Positions 1 to 12,147 of a DNA stretch of 64,000 bases are shown one piece after another. This DNA is from an uncultured cyanobacterium (GTDB lineage Bacteria; Cyanobacteriota; Cyanobacteriia; Cyanobacteriales; Nostocaceae): NCBI GenBank assembly GCA_963740315.1, contig CAVUDP010000002.1, forward strand, positions 2,752,001-2,816,000, read 5' to 3'. Positions within the stretch are counted from its first letter, which is position 1, and the number at the start of each line of letters is the position of its first letter. The position numbers and the translations under genes were made by a program. The notes beneath the pieces were generated by a model. That model was not told where the DNA came from. It made no database searches and saw nothing but the letters and a program-made list of their open reading frames with translations.

Positions 1-890
1 ATTGTCAAACCATTAAGCGTTGTTTCGGTTTGCTCGCCAGTTTGTAAAATTTCTAAATTGTGTCGCGACAGTTTTCCGCCAAAAGCGATCGCGTTACAGG
101 TGTAGCGACTGTTACGCGCTTGGGTAACTGCTGTTTTCCCAATATGAAAAGCCTCTATACTATCGCGTTCAACTCTAGTATGATTAACGCTTGCGTTCTC
201 ATCAACCCAGATTTCTGTAACGGCGTTATTTAAATAAATTTCTTTATCTTTCCCTACGTTTCCATTAATAAATTCTTCTACAAACGTCACTTCAGAACCA
301 CTTTTGGCTACTACCAAACAACGCGGTTGAGAAATTGTTTTATCCCCAGCAGTAATAAATACTAAATGTATCGGTGTTTCTACTACCACGTTACGAGACA
401 GCCAAATCACCGCCACATCAGAGATTCCGGCTGTATTTAGAGCCGTAAATACTTCTCTAGCTCCTTCAGCCTGTGCTAAATATTCCTTAACGAGTTCGCC
501 GTCTAAATTAGGTAAACCAGATAAACTGCTAACTACAACTCCATCTGGTAAATTAGCGATCGCGGATAATTCTGATGCAAATACGCCGTTGACAAATACC
601 AAGCGAGTCTCGCTAATTGCTGTAAAACAAGGGGAATCTGGAGATACAGTTTTCGTCTTTAGATTAAAATCAAGTTGACGTAATTCCGATAAATCGGTAA
701 ACCGCCATTCTTCATCTTTCTTAGTTGGCAATGTCGAATGACGCACCCAATTCGCAGCTTCATCTTTTAATTGTTGCAGCCATCCTTTACTTTCAACGAC
801 GCTAACTTTATCTACCAATCCACTTAAATAAGCATCTTTATTTAACAGCGCATCTGATAAACTCGTTTCTGGAGTTACTTCTGTATTCAT
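1..890 (-). CDS. sufD: Fe-S cluster assembly protein SufD (runs off window start)
   Basis: ATG at 890-888 overlaps the sufC stop (TAATG coupling). Open frame reads [18 protein letters not shown]...LPTKKDEEWRFTDL..., a SufD signature. Follows sufBC. Confidence 0.92.
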   Translation of the reverse strand, partial: MNTEVTPETSLSDALLNKDAYLSGLVDKVSVVESKGWLQQLKDEAANWVRHSTLPTKKDEEWRFTDLSELRQLDFNLKTKTVSPDSPCFTAISETRLVFVNGVFASELSAIANLPDGVVVSSLSGLPNLDGELVKEYLAQAEGAREVFTALNTAGISDVAVIWLSRNVVVETPIHLVFITAGDKTISQPRCLVVAKSGSEVTFVEEFINGNVGKDKEIYLNNAVTEIWVDENASVNHTRVERDSIEAFHIGKTAVTQARNSRYTCNAIAFGGKLSRHNLEILQTGEQTETTLNGLT

Positions 891-1678
891 TACACACCCA
901 CCTCAACGCCAGCTTCTTCTAAAATCCAGTCGTAACCGCGAGCTTCCAACTCTAACGCTAACTCTTTACCGCCAGATTTAATAATTTGTCCTTTTGCCAT
1001 CACGTGAACGTAATCCGGCACAATATAGTTAAGCAATCGTTGATAATGGGTAATCATGATTGTGGCGTTTTCCGGGCTGGTTAACTCATTTACCCCATTT
1101 GCCACGATTTTCAAAGCGTCGATATCCAAACCAGAATCGGTTTCATCCAAAATTGCCAAATCTGGTTCCAGAAGCGCCATCTGCAAAATTTCATTGCGCT
1201 TTTTCTCGCCACCGGAAAACCCTTCATTTAAACTGCGATTGAGAAAAGCGGAGTCCATTTTTACAACTTCCAGCTTTTCCTCCACCACATCATCGAAATC
1301 AAAAGTGTCAATTTCTTCTAAACCCTGCGCTTTGCGTCGAGAATTGTAAGCGACTCGTAAAAAATCTAAATTGCTAACACCAGGTATTTCCAAAGGATAC
1401 TGAAACGCCAAAAATACACCATTTCTAGCTCTTTCTTCCGGTTCCATTTCCAGCAGATTTTGTTCGCGAAAAACCACTTCACCACCAGTTACTTCATAAC
1501 TAGGATGTCCCGCTAAAACCTTAGAAAACGTACTTTTACCAGAACCATTTGGTCCCATAATCGCATGAATTTCACCAGCACGCACCTCCAGATTTATACC
1601 TTTAAGAATCTGGTTTCCATCAATATTAGCCGTCAAATCTTTGACTGACAGCACAACTTTGCTATTTTCGTTAATCAT
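890..1678 (-). CDS. sufC: Fe-S cluster assembly ATPase SufC
   Basis: GPNGSGKST Walker [36 protein letters not shown]. Confidence 0.98.
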   Translation of the reverse strand: MINENSKVVLSVKDLTANIDGNQILKGINLEVRAGEIHAIMGPNGSGKSTFSKVLAGHPSYEVTGGEVVFREQNLLEMEPEERARNGVFLAFQYPLEIPGVSNLDFLRVAYNSRRKAQGLEEIDTFDFDDVVEEKLEVVKMDSAFLNRSLNEGFSGGEKKRNEILQMALLEPDLAILDETDSGLDIDALKIVANGVNELTSPENATIMITHYQRLLNYIVPDYVHVMAKGQIIKSGGKELALELEARGYDWILEEAGVEVGV

Positions 1679-1680
1679 AT

Positions 1681-1818
1681 GCCCGATTTTAGATTTTAGA
1701 TTTTAGATTTTGGATTTAAAAGAGTTAGGAGTTAGGAGTTAGGAGTTAGGAGTTATGAGTTATGAGTTATGAGTTATTTGTCCCCATCTCCCCATCTCCC
1801 CATCTCCCCATCTCCCTC
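1681..1818. repeat. STRR tracts (ATTTTAG)n, (GAGTTAG/T)n, (CCCCATCTC)n between sufB and sufC
   Basis: Tandem 7- and 9-mers seen directly. Confidence 0.9.
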
Positions 1819-3255
1819 CTAACCGACACTTCCTTCCAACTTCAAACTCAACAATTTATCAGCTTCCACGGCAAACTCCATTGGTAGCTGATTAAATACA
1901 TCCTTACAAAAGCCGCTAATCATCATTGCGATCGCGTCTTCTGTGGAAATGCCGCGCTGAGAAAAGTAAAATAGTTGATCTTCCCCAATCTTGGAAGTAG
2001 AAGCTTCATGTTCTATTTTTCCAGTATTGTTCTGTACTTGAATATAAGGGAAAGTGTTGGCGTGGGCGTTATCTCCAATCAACATTGAGTCGCATTGAGA
2101 ATAATTTCTCGCTCCGTCAGCCTTGGGATTGACTTTCACCAAACCCCGATAGCTGTTACTAGATTTACCCGCAGAAATTCCTTTAGAAATAATTGTAGAA
2201 CGAGTATTTTTACCAACGTGAACCATTTTGCTTCCGGTATCGGCTTGCTGCATATTGTTAGTCAGCGCTACGGAATAAAATTCACCGACGGAATTATCCC
2301 CGACTAATACGCAGCTAGGATACTTCCAGGTAATCGCGGAACCAGTTTCTACCTGTGTCCAAGAAATTTTAGAATTTTTACCTTTACATAAACCGCGTTT
2401 AGTTACAAAATTGTAAATTCCGCCTTTACCATTTGCATCTCCGGCGTACCAGTTTTGGACGGTAGAGTATTTAATTTCGGCATTATCCAACGTTACAAGT
2501 TCCACCACTGCCGCGTGAAGCTGGTTGCTGTCGTACATTGGCGCGGTACAGCCTTCAAGATAGGAAACGTAACTATCTTCTTCGGCAACAATTAAAGTCC
2601 GCTCAAACTGTCCGGTATCCCCATTATTGATCCGGAAATAAGTAGACAATTCCATCGGACATTTTACGCCTTTAGGAATAAACACAAAAGAACCATCGCT
2701 GAAAACGGCAGCATTCAAAGCCGCGAAGTAGTTATCGGCAATGGGAACCACGCTTCCGAGATATTTCTGGATTAATTCCGGATGTTCCTGCAAAGCTTCA
2801 GAAATCGAACAGAAAATAACACCGTCTTCCGCTAGCTTTTCTTTAAAAGTAGTTGCTACAGATACGCTATCGAAAATCGCATCAACAGCAACATTCGCCA
2901 AACGCTTCTGTTCCGATAAAGGAATACCCAACTTTTCAAAGGTTTCCAATAAAGTTGGATCTACTTCATCTAAACTTTTTTTCTTCGCGCTTTGCTTAGG
3001 TGCTGAATAATAAATAATATTTTGGTAGTCGATCGCGGGATAACCCACACTAGCCCAATCGGGTTCCGTCATCTTCAACCACTGACGGTAAGCTTTGAGA
3101 CGAAACTCCAGCATAAATTCCGGTTCATTTTTCTTCGCACTGATGATGCGAACTACATCTTCACTTAAACCGCGAGGTATACTATCTGTCTCAATGTCCG
3201 TAATGAAGCCATATTTGTAAGGCTGGTTGACTAAAGTTTTTACGTTGGCACTCAT
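1819..3255 (-). CDS. sufB: Fe-S cluster assembly protein SufB
   Basis: [47 protein letters not shown]-terminus. Confidence 0.98.
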   Translation of the reverse strand: MSANVKTLVNQPYKYGFITDIETDSIPRGLSEDVVRIISAKKNEPEFMLEFRLKAYRQWLKMTEPDWASVGYPAIDYQNIIYYSAPKQSAKKKSLDEVDPTLLETFEKLGIPLSEQKRLANVAVDAIFDSVSVATTFKEKLAEDGVIFCSISEALQEHPELIQKYLGSVVPIADNYFAALNAAVFSDGSFVFIPKGVKCPMELSTYFRINNGDTGQFERTLIVAEEDSYVSYLEGCTAPMYDSNQLHAAVVELVTLDNAEIKYSTVQNWYAGDANGKGGIYNFVTKRGLCKGKNSKISWTQVETGSAITWKYPSCVLVGDNSVGEFYSVALTNNMQQADTGSKMVHVGKNTRSTIISKGISAGKSSNSYRGLVKVNPKADGARNYSQCDSMLIGDNAHANTFPYIQVQNNTGKIEHEASTSKIGEDQLFYFSQRGISTEDAIAMMISGFCKDVFNQLPMEFAVEADKLLSLKLEGSVG

Positions 3256-3380
3256 TGCTTATATTCTCTTGCGTTCTCTTCTTAGTACTCTCTTTAAGGA
3301 TGGGAGACGGGCTGTTAAACCGACATTCCCATATTGCGTGACTGTAAACGCGACTGTTACAATAATTATGTAGACTAAAG

Positions 3381-3440
3381 CAACAACAAAGTTGTTTTAA
3401 TCTATCTTCATTTTACGCTAGATTAACAACATTGATGTTG
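3381..3440. promoter_or_regulatory. Two SufR operator sites CAAC-N6-GTTG (3381-3394, 3427-3440)
   Basis: CAACaacaaaGTTG and CAACattgatGTTG in the divergent sufB-sufR region match the known cyanobacterial SufR motif. Confidence 0.85.
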
Positions 3441-3477
3441 TCAAAGTGAAATTTTCTTTAATATTCTTAGGACGACG

Positions 3478-4167
3478 ATGGAAACTAGCCAGCAGTCCTC
3501 AACCAAACAAGATATCTTGAATTATCTGCTCAAAGAGTATAAGGCTACAGCTTTGCAGCTTTCTACAGCTTTGAATGTAAGTCCTCAAGCGATTCGTCGC
3601 CATTTAAAAGATTTGGAGGGTGAAGAGTTAATAATTTATACCTCCGAACAAATGGGGATGGGAAGACCTCAACACGTTTATCAATTGAGTGATAAAGGCA
3701 AAGAGCGCCTGCGCCGAGAAGTTGGGGACAGTTACGGAAAATTTGCCGTTTCCTTACTAGACACTTTAGCAGAAACAGTAGGACCAGACCAAGTAAGTTC
3801 GATTTTACAAAAACAATGGGAGCGTAAAGCCGAAGAATACCGGCGAATTTTGGGTAAAGGTTCCCTCGATCGAAGAGTAGCGGCTTTGGTGGAGCTGAGA
3901 AAATCTGAAGGTTTTATGGCTGAATACCATCCTGTAGAAACGCAAGATTCACAAGCAGAAGAGAAATTTATTTTTTTAGAGCATAATTGTGCAATTTCCA
4001 ATGTTGTCGAGTCATTCCCCAGCGTTTGCGGGCATGAATTGGAAATGTTTATTGCCGTTTTACCCGACTGTACCGTAGAGCGTACCCATTGGATTATCGA
4101 TGGGGAACACCGCTGTGGTTATTTAGTAAAAGCGAAGAATCAGTTATCAGTGAACAGTGAACAGTGA
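3478..4167 (+). CDS. sufR: Fe-S cluster biosynthesis transcriptional regulator SufR
   Basis: N-terminal HTH (SPQAIRRHLKDLE, GRPQHVY), C-terminal Cys ligands (EHNCAIS, VCGHELEMF, HRCGY), divergent from sufB. Confidence 0.96.
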   Translation: METSQQSSTKQDILNYLLKEYKATALQLSTALNVSPQAIRRHLKDLEGEELIIYTSEQMGMGRPQHVYQLSDKGKERLRREVGDSYGKFAVSLLDTLAETVGPDQVSSILQKQWERKAEEYRRILGKGSLDRRVAALVELRKSEGFMAEYHPVETQDSQAEEKFIFLEHNCAISNVVESFPSVCGHELEMFIAVLPDCTVERTHWIIDGEHRCGYLVKAKNQLSVNSEQ

Positions 4168-4312
4168 ACAGTTACCAGTTACCAGTTACCAGTTACCAGT
4201 TACCAGTTAAGAGTTAGTAGTTAAGAATTTAAATTTTCTACTTATCTTTCAATGCCCAATCCCCATTCACCGGAGGTGGGAGGTAGCCCAATCCCCATTA
4301 TTAATCTAAATT

Positions 4313-4564
4313 ATGGAACCACAACCAACTACACAGTTTTTAACTTTAGAAGAATCAGGGAAAGTTGATGGTGCTTTACTTTCTTCTCCAGAGAAATTTT
4401 TAGCACGATTGACAATTTCTTCATTAAGGGTATTACAGCAGATAGCGAAAGAAAATAATGTTGCTGTAGAAGAATTAACCACAAAGCAAATTATTGATTG
4501 GTTTGAGAAAGATGGAAAAATTAGACGAGAAAAAGGAGTCGAAGCCGCATTTTTGAAGTGGTGA
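4313..4564 (+). CDS. Conserved-looking small cyanobacterial hypothetical protein
   Basis: 83-aa ORF with protein-like composition directly after sufR. Confidence 0.75.
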   Translation: MEPQPTTQFLTLEESGKVDGALLSSPEKFLARLTISSLRVLQQIAKENNVAVEELTTKQIIDWFEKDGKIRREKGVEAAFLKW

Positions 4565-4596
4565 TTTATCGCACTATTAACGAGAGAGTTCTTGTA

Positions 4597-5469
4597 TCAA
4601 GGCTTAATTAATTGTTTTAAAGGTTTCAATGTCAAAGCTATAGGGTTATTTGCCGGTTCAAAGATGTTATTGATAAATTTGGCATCTTTGGCTAAACCCC
4701 ATTTTTCTTGAAAATGTTTTATGCTTTTACGTTTCCAAACGTAATTCCAACGCAAGTAATAGTAGGGAATATCTGATAGGCTTAATTCTTTTACCCCAAT
4801 ATAATTAACAATACTTTTGGGTTCTAAGTAAATGCTTCCCCCGACTGCAAATACTGATAAAGAAAAGTCAATTTCTTCGATAAAAGCTAAATTTTCATCC
4901 AAATTACCTATCTGCTGGAGAATAGATGTACGCGCTAAAACACAATTGAAATCTATTATTTGTGTTGGCTCCCGCGTTAGCAAATGTTTAACGCGATCGT
5001 AATCATTTTTGAGAAATAAGCGGTTTTCAAATAAATCTAAACTACCATCTTTGTATTCAAACTCTAAGCTACCTCCAGCAAAGTGAATGTGCTGTTCCGA
5101 TTCTTGCAAACAAACTGGACTAACTACCGAAGCATTGGTTTCTTGAGCGCACTGCATGAGATTGTTTAACCAATTCGGAGTTACTAAAACATCATTGTTG
5201 ATAAAAACAACATATTCAGTATCTATGTGCTTTAAAGCAATGTTACGTGCTTGATTGGGAGATACATATTTTTCTGTAGATATTAAGCGAAATCCCTTTT
5301 CTTTGGATTCCATTTCTAAATATTGCTTAATTCTTCTAGGTGAATTTCCGTCTACATAAATTAGTTTAAAAGGAATATTTGTGTGCTGATAAATACTTTC
5401 AAGTGATTCTTGAGTATAGCTGAACAGTTGGTGAGGCACTACTATAACTGTAACTTGCGGATATGACAT
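4597..5469 (-). CDS. Glycosyltransferase family 2
   Basis: VTVIVVP..LIYVDGNS, ARNIAL, VVFINNDV, EEIDFSL motifs. Confidence 0.88.
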   Translation of the reverse strand: MSYPQVTVIVVPHQLFSYTQESLESIYQHTNIPFKLIYVDGNSPRRIKQYLEMESKEKGFRLISTEKYVSPNQARNIALKHIDTEYVVFINNDVLVTPNWLNNLMQCAQETNASVVSPVCLQESEQHIHFAGGSLEFEYKDGSLDLFENRLFLKNDYDRVKHLLTREPTQIIDFNCVLARTSILQQIGNLDENLAFIEEIDFSLSVFAVGGSIYLEPKSIVNYIGVKELSLSDIPYYYLRWNYVWKRKSIKHFQEKWGLAKDAKFINNIFEPANNPIALTLKPLKQLIKP

Positions 5470-5631
5470 AAAATTCTCGATCGACGAATATCAAATATTT
5501 TATTTATTTATTCAACGATATCCTTTATTCGTAGAAAAAGTATAAATTTAAGATGCTTACTTACATAAAAAAACGTAAGTTTAAGTTAAAATTATTTTAA
5601 TGAATAAGTAATGACTAAGTAAAGATACTTT

Positions 5632-5785
5632 AGACATCTCCGGAAAACCATTATATAGTTTTAAATTTACACAAAGACCTAACCCCCCTGCCCCCCTTCC
5701 GAGCATCGGGAAGTGGGGTAATAAGCCTCTCTCCCTGTGGGGGAGAGGTTTGTATACAGTTCTTTTTTTCTTTCCGAAGATGTCT
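5632..5785. mobile_element. MITE-like element with terminal inverted repeats
   Basis: AGACATCTCCGGAAA ... TTTCCGAAGATGTCT, with GC-rich internal hairpins. Confidence 0.65.
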
Positions 5786-5897
5786 TTTATAAATGGTGTT
5801 TCTCAGAAATTGCACCATAGTAATTTCTAGTTCGTTGAAACACATTTTATCTAAAATTCACCTTGTAATATTTCTATATCCGTATCTTTGTACAAAC

Positions 5898-5925
5898 AAA
5901 AAAGCACCCGGTACCGAGTGCTTTT
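5898..5925 (-). terminator. Probable intrinsic terminator
   Basis: AAAAAAGCAC-cCGGTACCGa-GTGCTTTT hairpin just downstream of the 5961-6593 gene. Confidence 0.6.
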
Positions 5926-5960
5926 CTATTTATTAAAAAACAAGTTTTATATACAGATTT

Positions 5961-6593
5961 TTAAGCGTTATTATGACGAACGCGGGGAGTACGTGCGCCG
6001 ACTGCTGCTCCAATCATTGATGCGATTAAACCGAGCAAAGAACCGAATACAAACCACCATAAACCTTTGGAAGTTGCAGCGGCAATATCAGCAGCTTGCT
6101 GTGCGGTAATGTTAGGTACATTGGCAGGAATATTAGCACCTTGTATTTGTACCTGATTGAGTACTTCTCCAGCATTGTAAGCTGCAACGCCGAAAGCTCC
6201 AGATACACCACTTGCGAGCAACCAAGAACTAACAGCCAAAGTTGTAGCCCAAAGAATTGCACCGTTTAACAAAGCCGTACTGCGATTCATCGGACCGCAC
6301 GCACGTGTTGTAATCCAACCCGCAACAAACAAGGAAAGTAGTAAAGCAATTGTTGACCAAATACCTACATTACCTGCAATGTTGGGTGCAATCGCGTTAG
6401 GTGCGCCAGAGTCGGAAACAAAGGTAGCTCCGATCGCACCAAATAAAGCGCTCAAAATTAGCTGAGTAGACAAACCAACCAGCAAACCGGAAATAATCGG
6501 ACCCCAACGCACGCGATCGTGGTAATCTACTACTCTACTTGCTACAGCAGGTTCCGTAATTACTTCGTCACCAACTCTATTTACATATGACAT
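5961..6593 (-). CDS. Conserved membrane protein (about 4 TM helices)
   Basis: DRVRWGPIISGL start, four hydrophobic Gly/Ala-rich segments. Confidence 0.8.
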   Translation of the reverse strand: MSYVNRVGDEVITEPAVASRVVDYHDRVRWGPIISGLLVGLSTQLILSALFGAIGATFVSDSGAPNAIAPNIAGNVGIWSTIALLLSLFVAGWITTRACGPMNRSTALLNGAILWATTLAVSSWLLASGVSGAFGVAAYNAGEVLNQVQIQGANIPANVPNITAQQAADIAAATSKGLWWFVFGSLLGLIASMIGAAVGARTPRVRHNNA

Positions 6594-7078
6594 TATTTAA
6601 TTTCTCCTTACTTTTTTCACTAAAAACTTTTTTTAGCAATACTACTGCTGATAATTACTAATTAAATGACAAATTTGAATATTTCATATCTATCCAACGG
6701 AATAGTTAGTAACTCTATCCCCAGCGATATTTTATTAATTTTCTTTACTAATTAAAGTTAACTTTTATTAAAAGTTTAATTTGATATAGTTAAAATATTT
6801 TTTTGATAAAGATACGATGAAAAAAATAGGAATGTTTACTTGACCATATTGCTTAATCTCTATCTATAAAACGCTTTAAGCGAAAGTGCTTGCGACAAAT
6901 TACCATTTTAAAAAGGTTATTAGCTGTTTAGCAAATGCTTTAAATGTAGTAGATAACAACATACTGGAGACATGATAATTAAGTCAAGATAGTTAATAAA
7001 AATTGCGTCTCCAGGATGCTGGGAATTGATTAAGCTTTTTGGAAATAATTATTCATAGTAATGCAGCTTGTATTGATG

Positions 7079-7408
7079 TTATTCACGAGTTCTTACAGCA
7101 GTACCAACAGCAGTAATTAGTAACAAAACACCAGATTGGTCAACATTAATGGTGCCGGTATCAATTTCAATGCCGATAACAGCATTTGCTCCCAAACGCT
7201 GTGCCCGTTTTTCTAATTCCGCCAGTGCTTTTTGCTGCCCTTCTTCAAATAAGCGTTCGTAACTAGCCGTGCGCCCACCGATAATATCTCTCAAACCAGC
7301 GAAAAAATCTCTGATAAAATTGCTGCCATAAACAACTTCTGCCGTCACAACGCCCAAATATGACTCAACAATGGCTCCCTGAATCACATCGGTAGTAGTT
7401 ATAATCAT
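7079..7408 (-). CDS. YbjQ/UPF0145 family protein
   Basis: MIITTTD..G, RDFFAGLRDIIGGR..YE, GANAVIGI, GTAV. Confidence 0.93.
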   Translation of the reverse strand: MIITTTDVIQGAIVESYLGVVTAEVVYGSNFIRDFFAGLRDIIGGRTASYERLFEEGQQKALAELEKRAQRLGANAVIGIEIDTGTINVDQSGVLLLITAVGTAVRTRE

Positions 7409-7958
7409 GGGTTTACCTCAAAAAGACTTTTCTAATTTCTAAGATCGATTGTTAATGATTTTGCAATAAAATAAATCCTCCTCCCGCATTTTGCGTTTTC
7501 ATATTTTTAGATAAATAGTAGTCTGTCGCGCAGCATCAAGAAGATGTATATTAGTAATTTTCTCAAAAATCAAAGGCTTATTTCCAACGATGCATATTAA
7601 CGTAGCTCTACTAAATAATAGTCAATCGCTTTGACAATTGTATTTATACTGATTTTTTGTTAACTGCAATACTTTAAAACTAAGGAAGAATATGTAAAAA
7701 TATATTCTTGTTAAGTAACTAGCTATGGAAGCCTTAGATCGTTTAAGACAGACATTTATTGTTCACAATAGCAAAAAAACATCTCATAACCGAATAATTA
7801 CCTAAAATAAACGAATTTATATTAAGTTAACGATAAATTAATCGTAAAGTTAAAAAAAAGTAAGCCGTAAGAGTTTTCAAAATAGAATATTTTTGTTTTA
7901 ATGGACAAGCATAATTTTAAGTTGTGATGAAGTTGCGAAAACTTTCGGGTATTTAACT

Positions 7959-8642
7959 GTGTACAATCGAACATATTCTCTCATCGGTGTTCTCTCGATC
8001 GCAAGTATTGTTGCTGCAATGCCAATTGAAGCTCAGGCTCAAGTTAAAGTAGCGCAGGCTAAAAGCACTCAGGAGGTTAAAAATCTCCTGGATGAAGGAA
8101 GCAGGCTCGTAAAATCTGGTGACTTTAATGCCGCAATCAAAGTTTATCAAGAAGCTTCGAGCTTAGAACCCAAAAACGGCAGCATTTATTCTGGTATCGG
8201 ATACTTGTATGCTCAACAGCGTAATTATCCTGCTGCATTAGCTGCTTACCGTCGTGCTGTAGCCCTGAATCCGGATAATGGTGATTATCAATATGCTTTA
8301 GGCTACGTTAGCGGCAGTATGGGCGATAATAAAACTGCTAAGGAAGCTTACCGCAAATCAATCCAGGTCGATCGTACAAATGTTAATTCCTATATCGGAT
8401 TAGCTTTAATCTTGTTGCGTTTGGGGGAATACGAGAACGCTAAGTGGGCATACGAAAAAGTTGTAGAATTAGATCCCAAGAATCCTCAAGCTTACGAGTT
8501 AAGAGGTAGAATCTTGATGAAAAAAGGTCAGTCGAAAGAAGCGGCAGGAGCTTTAAAGAAAGCACTGAATTTATACGAAAGCCAGAAAAAATGGGATAGT
8601 GTTGCTCGAATCGATGCAATGTTGCGAGACATCGAAAGCTAA
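7959..8642 (+). CDS. Secreted TPR-repeat protein
   Basis: Signal peptide-like N-terminus, 34-aa TPR units (A..Y..A..L.P). Confidence 0.88.
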   Translation: MYNRTYSLIGVLSIASIVAAMPIEAQAQVKVAQAKSTQEVKNLLDEGSRLVKSGDFNAAIKVYQEASSLEPKNGSIYSGIGYLYAQQRNYPAALAAYRRAVALNPDNGDYQYALGYVSGSMGDNKTAKEAYRKSIQVDRTNVNSYIGLALILLRLGEYENAKWAYEKVVELDPKNPQAYELRGRILMKKGQSKEAAGALKKALNLYESQKKWDSVARIDAMLRDIES

Positions 8643-9181
8643 ACTTCTGAGGATTCTTAGTTACACGTGAAGAGTTGTTGATGCTTGAAGTTAATGGCAG
8701 CATCTCCACTTCTAAATTTGCCTTCAATAATTTCTAGCATTGCTATCTACCTTCATCCTATTATTTTGGTTTCCCTCGTGTCGTTTATCAGTATAAAATT
8801 GAAGTGAGTGGGGCTTTCGTCCACTTGCTTCATTCTCCATTATTATGATGATATTTTATTCATATTACACGGTAACAAAACAGTAAAAAAATATAAGTTT
8901 TATCGCTAATTTTTATTCGTAAATATATTTCTTTAATACTTGGCGTAGCGTTTTTACCAAATCGCCAAATATTTTTGATAATTTCGATAATTAATAAAAC
9001 TGCTTACCTCCGCTTCAAATCAAAAGCCTACCTAAAGACTCAATAATTCAATTTTTGGCAAAAATTAACTATTTCTCAAGTCCAGCTTAAATTTTTATTA
9101 ACTTTGATTACAATAAAAGTCACTGCATTAAATTTTAGTGCAGCTAAATCAAGTTTGTATTACACCAATGCTGAGGTTGAG

Positions 9182-10220
9182 ATGCTAATAATGCTAAAAA
9201 CGTTTGGTCGTTGGAGTAAGCTGAAGTTAGGCGAAATATGGAACAGTAATAGCGGTGATTGGCACTGGTTATCGGAAAAGCCCATGCCGATCGCGGGTAT
9301 TAACCGCAAGTTGTGGAGGGGGGCTGTACCTTCATTAAGTTTCTACACTCTGCTTGCTATGTCAGCGGTAATCTCTACTTTGGGATTGTTAGCAAATAGT
9401 GCGGCGACAATTATCGGCGCGATGATTATTGCTCCTTTGATGGGACCAATAATTGCTATTGCTTACACTGTTGTATCGGGAAATCAGCGTTTATTAAAGC
9501 GTTCGGGTTTTACGCTATTTAAAGGTGTATTGCTGACAATTGTTATTTCGATTGTGATTACTAAATTAGTTGGTATCAGAACTTTCGGCTCGGAAATTAT
9601 GGGACGCACTAGTCCTACACTGTTGGATTTAGGAGTAGCATTAGCAGCAGGTGGGGCTGGTGGTTTTGCTTTAACTCGCCGCAGCATTGCCAATGCTTTA
9701 CCGGGGGTGGCAATCTCTGTAGCTTTAGTTCCACCTTTGAGCGTGGTGGGAATTGGTATAGGCATGGGTTCAAACTCGAATCGCAGCTGGTTCCGGACTT
9801 TTGTTTCTCGCCAACTTAGCTGGTATTATCTTTAGTGGTTCCCTGGTATTTTTAGCTCACAATTACGGTTCTTTTCAAAAGGCTCGTCATGGTTTGGTAA
9901 TATCAATTGCAGCTTTGGCTATGCTTGCTTTACCTTTGGGTTTATCTTTAGATACATTTTTAGTCAAAGAACAAACGCGCCGTCAAATTGAGTATTTGGT
10001 TTTTCGTCAAACTAATACTTTTTCACGTTCGGATATTAGAGCAATTCAAGTACAGCAACAGGGAGAAAAGCTGATAGTTGATATGGAAATTGCGGTTCCT
10101 TTTAATTCCCTTTCACAACAACAAGTGCAGTTGGTTCAACAAATTTTACAAGATAAGTTGAAAAAACCACTGACTTTAAATATTAAGGTAATTCCTACTC
10201 AAGAATATACAGCTAGTTGA
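9182..10220 (+). pseudogene. DUF389 membrane protein split by a +1 frameshift at 9779/9780
   Basis: IIGAMIIAPLMGPI and LPGVAISVALVPPL in frame 1. Sequence continues IAAGSGLLFLANLAGI in the next frame. Confidence 0.8.
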
Positions 10221-10223
10221 AAT

Positions 10224-10943
10224 ATGCAACGAATCGCGATCGCACCTTCTCAATTTCAAAACGAACAGATAATACTCACTTCACAACAACAGCATTATCT
10301 ATATCGGGTGTTGCGGTTGCAAAAGGGCGATAAATTCATTGCGATGGATGGGATGGGTAAATGGTGGTTATCTCAGTTAAGTAATACCAACGCACAAATA
10401 TTACACGAGTTAATTATACAAACCGAGCTACCAATCGATGTAACCTTGATGGTGGCTTTACCTAAAGGCAACGGCTTTGATGATATTGTCCGTTGTTGTA
10501 CTGAATTGGGTGTTAACTGTATTGCTCCAGTTATTAGCGATCGCACTTTATTAAAACCCAGTTCCCAAAAGCTCGAACGTTGGAGGAGAATCGCCACAGA
10601 AGCCGCAGAGCAATCGGAAAGAACCAAGGTACCTCAAATTTTAGAACCAGTTGATTTTAATAAAAGCATTTTATCATTTACAAAACAAGCAAAATATATT
10701 TGTGTTGCTCGCGGTGATTCCCCTCATTTACTTGAATGTTTGCGTTTGTCAGCAGAAACAGATAGTAGCGAAGATAAAAATGTAATTATTGCAACAGGTG
10801 CAGAAGGCGGATGGACTCAAAAAGAAGTTGAAACCGCGCTACAAAACGGCTTCAAACCAGTTTCATTAGGTAGTCGCATCCTCCGCGCAGTCACAGCACC
10901 CATTGTCGCAATGTCCCTAATTTCCGCAGTAAGTGAAGTATAA
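10224..10943 (+). CDS. rsmE: 16S rRNA m3U1498 methyltransferase
   Basis: HYLYRVLRL, ELGV..I.P, EAAEQSER, G.EGGW, LGSRILRAVTA. Confidence 0.95.
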   Translation: MQRIAIAPSQFQNEQIILTSQQQHYLYRVLRLQKGDKFIAMDGMGKWWLSQLSNTNAQILHELIIQTELPIDVTLMVALPKGNGFDDIVRCCTELGVNCIAPVISDRTLLKPSSQKLERWRRIATEAAEQSERTKVPQILEPVDFNKSILSFTKQAKYICVARGDSPHLLECLRLSAETDSSEDKNVIIATGAEGGWTQKEVETALQNGFKPVSLGSRILRAVTAPIVAMSLISAVSEV

Positions 10944-11076
10944 ATGAAATGTAATGGGGAATTGGGAATGGGTAATGGGTAATAGGGAAAAATAATTCCT
11001 AACTCCTGACTCCTAACTCATAACTCATAGCTTATTTAATAAATCCAAAATCTAAAATTTAAAATCCAAAATAGTT

Positions 11077-12144
11077 ATGATTGAACAAGTTGCATCTGCA
11101 TTTGAAAAAAAAGACTATCGCACTGCGGCAAATTTATTAAAACAACTATTAAAAGATTATCCCGACGATGCTTCCGTACAGCTTTATTTAGGAAAATTAC
11201 ATGAAGTATCGGGAAAGCTTGAGTTAGCCGAAAAAGTTTATCGTCAGCTACTGCGCGATAACAATAATCATAAAATAATCACTCAAGCACGTCTCGGTTT
11301 GCAGCGATTGTCAGATATTGAAAAAAAACAGCGAAAAGATGCGATCGCAAAAGCCAAATCAAACCCCGAAAATCAAGAAGCTGCCATATTAATTTTAGAA
11401 CCGATCGCTAACGATTTAAAAAAAGAAGCAGCGCAAAAATTAGCAACTATTGTCGGGGTAGATGCTTATAGCGCCAGGTTATCATTACCCAGTCGCGGTT
11501 GGCGGCTATATCGTAGCGGCGCTTTAGGAGAATTAAAATTTTATGGCGAACAGTTATATAATGCCGGTATTCCCTGTTTTTGGACGACTTTAGCCGCAGT
11601 TAACAAAATTGAAGTTTTTCAAGTTCATTATTTCAAAGATTTTGCAACTAAAGTCACCGCTATATGCGAAAATCAAGATAAGCAACTTGGTACCCTCGTA
11701 TTTGAATGGTCGGAAGTAACCGCGCAAGTTCAAGGATTATTACCAATTTTTGAAGAAGTTGTAGACTTAAACGCACGAGGTAAATTACAGCGCAAAACCC
11801 AAACTCAAGATTATTTTCATTTCTGCGATTTACATTTACCCGGTAGAAACTGTATTTTACGGCTTTACGACAACGGTTATAAGTTTCACAAGGGTGTCGC
11901 AATATCCCCTCAAACCAGTCAAAACACTATTAGAATTAACTGGAATAATTTATTAGCTTTTCTCAAAACTAAATTACCACAAGTCAAAACTTGCTCTGAT
12001 TTTACCCCCTTTGCTGAAACAATGCTCGATCAAACCGATGTCTTAAATCATCTTAAATCCCACATCCAACTATTTCGCAGAGAAAAAAGTAGTTGGGATA
12101 CCGCTTTTCAACTATATAGCAGTTTGATTTTTATTCGTGAGTAG
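11077..12144 (+). CDS. TPR domain-containing conserved cyanobacterial protein
   Basis: N-terminal TPR-like helices, 355-aa ORF. Confidence 0.75.
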   Translation: MIEQVASAFEKKDYRTAANLLKQLLKDYPDDASVQLYLGKLHEVSGKLELAEKVYRQLLRDNNNHKIITQARLGLQRLSDIEKKQRKDAIAKAKSNPENQEAAILILEPIANDLKKEAAQKLATIVGVDAYSARLSLPSRGWRLYRSGALGELKFYGEQLYNAGIPCFWTTLAAVNKIEVFQVHYFKDFATKVTAICENQDKQLGTLVFEWSEVTAQVQGLLPIFEEVVDLNARGKLQRKTQTQDYFHFCDLHLPGRNCILRLYDNGYKFHKGVAISPQTSQNTIRINWNNLLAFLKTKLPQVKTCSDFTPFAETMLDQTDVLNHLKSHIQLFRREKSSWDTAFQLYSSLIFIRE

Positions 12145-12147
12145 AAA